A stretch of 64,000 nucleotides of DNA from Azolla caroliniana (taxonomy: Eukaryota > Plantae > Polypodiophyta). The notes beneath the pieces were generated by a model. That model worked only from the letters and a program-made list of their open reading frames with translations. It did no database searches and was not told the origin of the DNA. Each line of letters starts with the position of its first letter. Positions within the stretch are counted from its first letter, which is position 1. Below are positions 63,771 to 64,000 of this stretch, in pieces. The stretch spans positions 124,001 to 188,000 of the forward strand of contig JBHGNT010000001.1 of NCBI GenBank assembly GCA_043228905.1, read 5' to 3'. Made by a program: the position numbers and the translations under genes.

Positions 63771-64000
63771 GGACGAAGGCAACGGGAAACAACATGGGAC
63801 GGCAATCAGGACAACACGAATGGTCGACGGAGGCCAAGCGGGCCACTACGGGCGTTCCTCAAGCGGAGGACATCGGGCATACGGCGGAGAGCGGGGCGTG
63901 CATACGACCGAACAAGGGCCAGCGGAAGTACGCGTACTACGGAGATCGCGGCGAAGGATCCATCGACGGGTCGAACGAGCCTACGAGGAGGTAAGCGCGA

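Larger units (their letters stand above)
52052..64000 (+). mobile_element. Gag-only gypsy relative; 5' LTR 52052-52171 + 59537-60217 (interrupted), runs off window
   Basis: TGTCG..CGCGACA LTR, PBS 60222-60239, gag homologous to the nested element, no pol seen up to 64000. Confidence 0.82.

Noticed and set aside
60635-63994. Many overlapping 60-240 aa ORFs
   Set aside because: Expected in GC-rich repetitive DNA; no recognisable domains and repeat units change frame

Overview
Eukaryotic, repeat-rich land-plant nuclear DNA. It is most likely a fern, inferred from TE types, PPR style and an unedited-looking plastid ndhB fragment; this is not proven. Four intact spliced host genes lie in a matrix of nested retroelements: an RLCK-VII kinase (PCRK/PBL19-like, - strand), an EDR2-like PH-START-DUF1336 gene (-), a CsgA-like short-chain dehydrogenase (+) and an SPX-domain phosphate-signalling gene (-) with two P1BS boxes. 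Mobile DNA includes two TSD-bounded L1-type LINEs, Copia remnants and solo LTRs, a hAT-type MITE, a plastid ndhB insertion, tRNA-like modules and four members of a tRNA-Trp-primed non-chromoviral Ty3/gypsy family. Top findings: (1) the LINE at 3332-10971 carries a repeat array plus intronless MAPK and PPR fragments inside its own 3' UTR, upstream of a terminal motif shared with the second LINE; (2) a young gypsy element has a 4-bp GCGC TSD, protease in the gag ORF followed by a predicted -1 frameshift into RT, and a tRNA-like module in its LTRs; (3) there are three copies of a convergent twin-tRNA-like element; (4) a gag-only gypsy relative is filled with a stem-loop repeat array. Coordinates were read by eye and no database searches were run.
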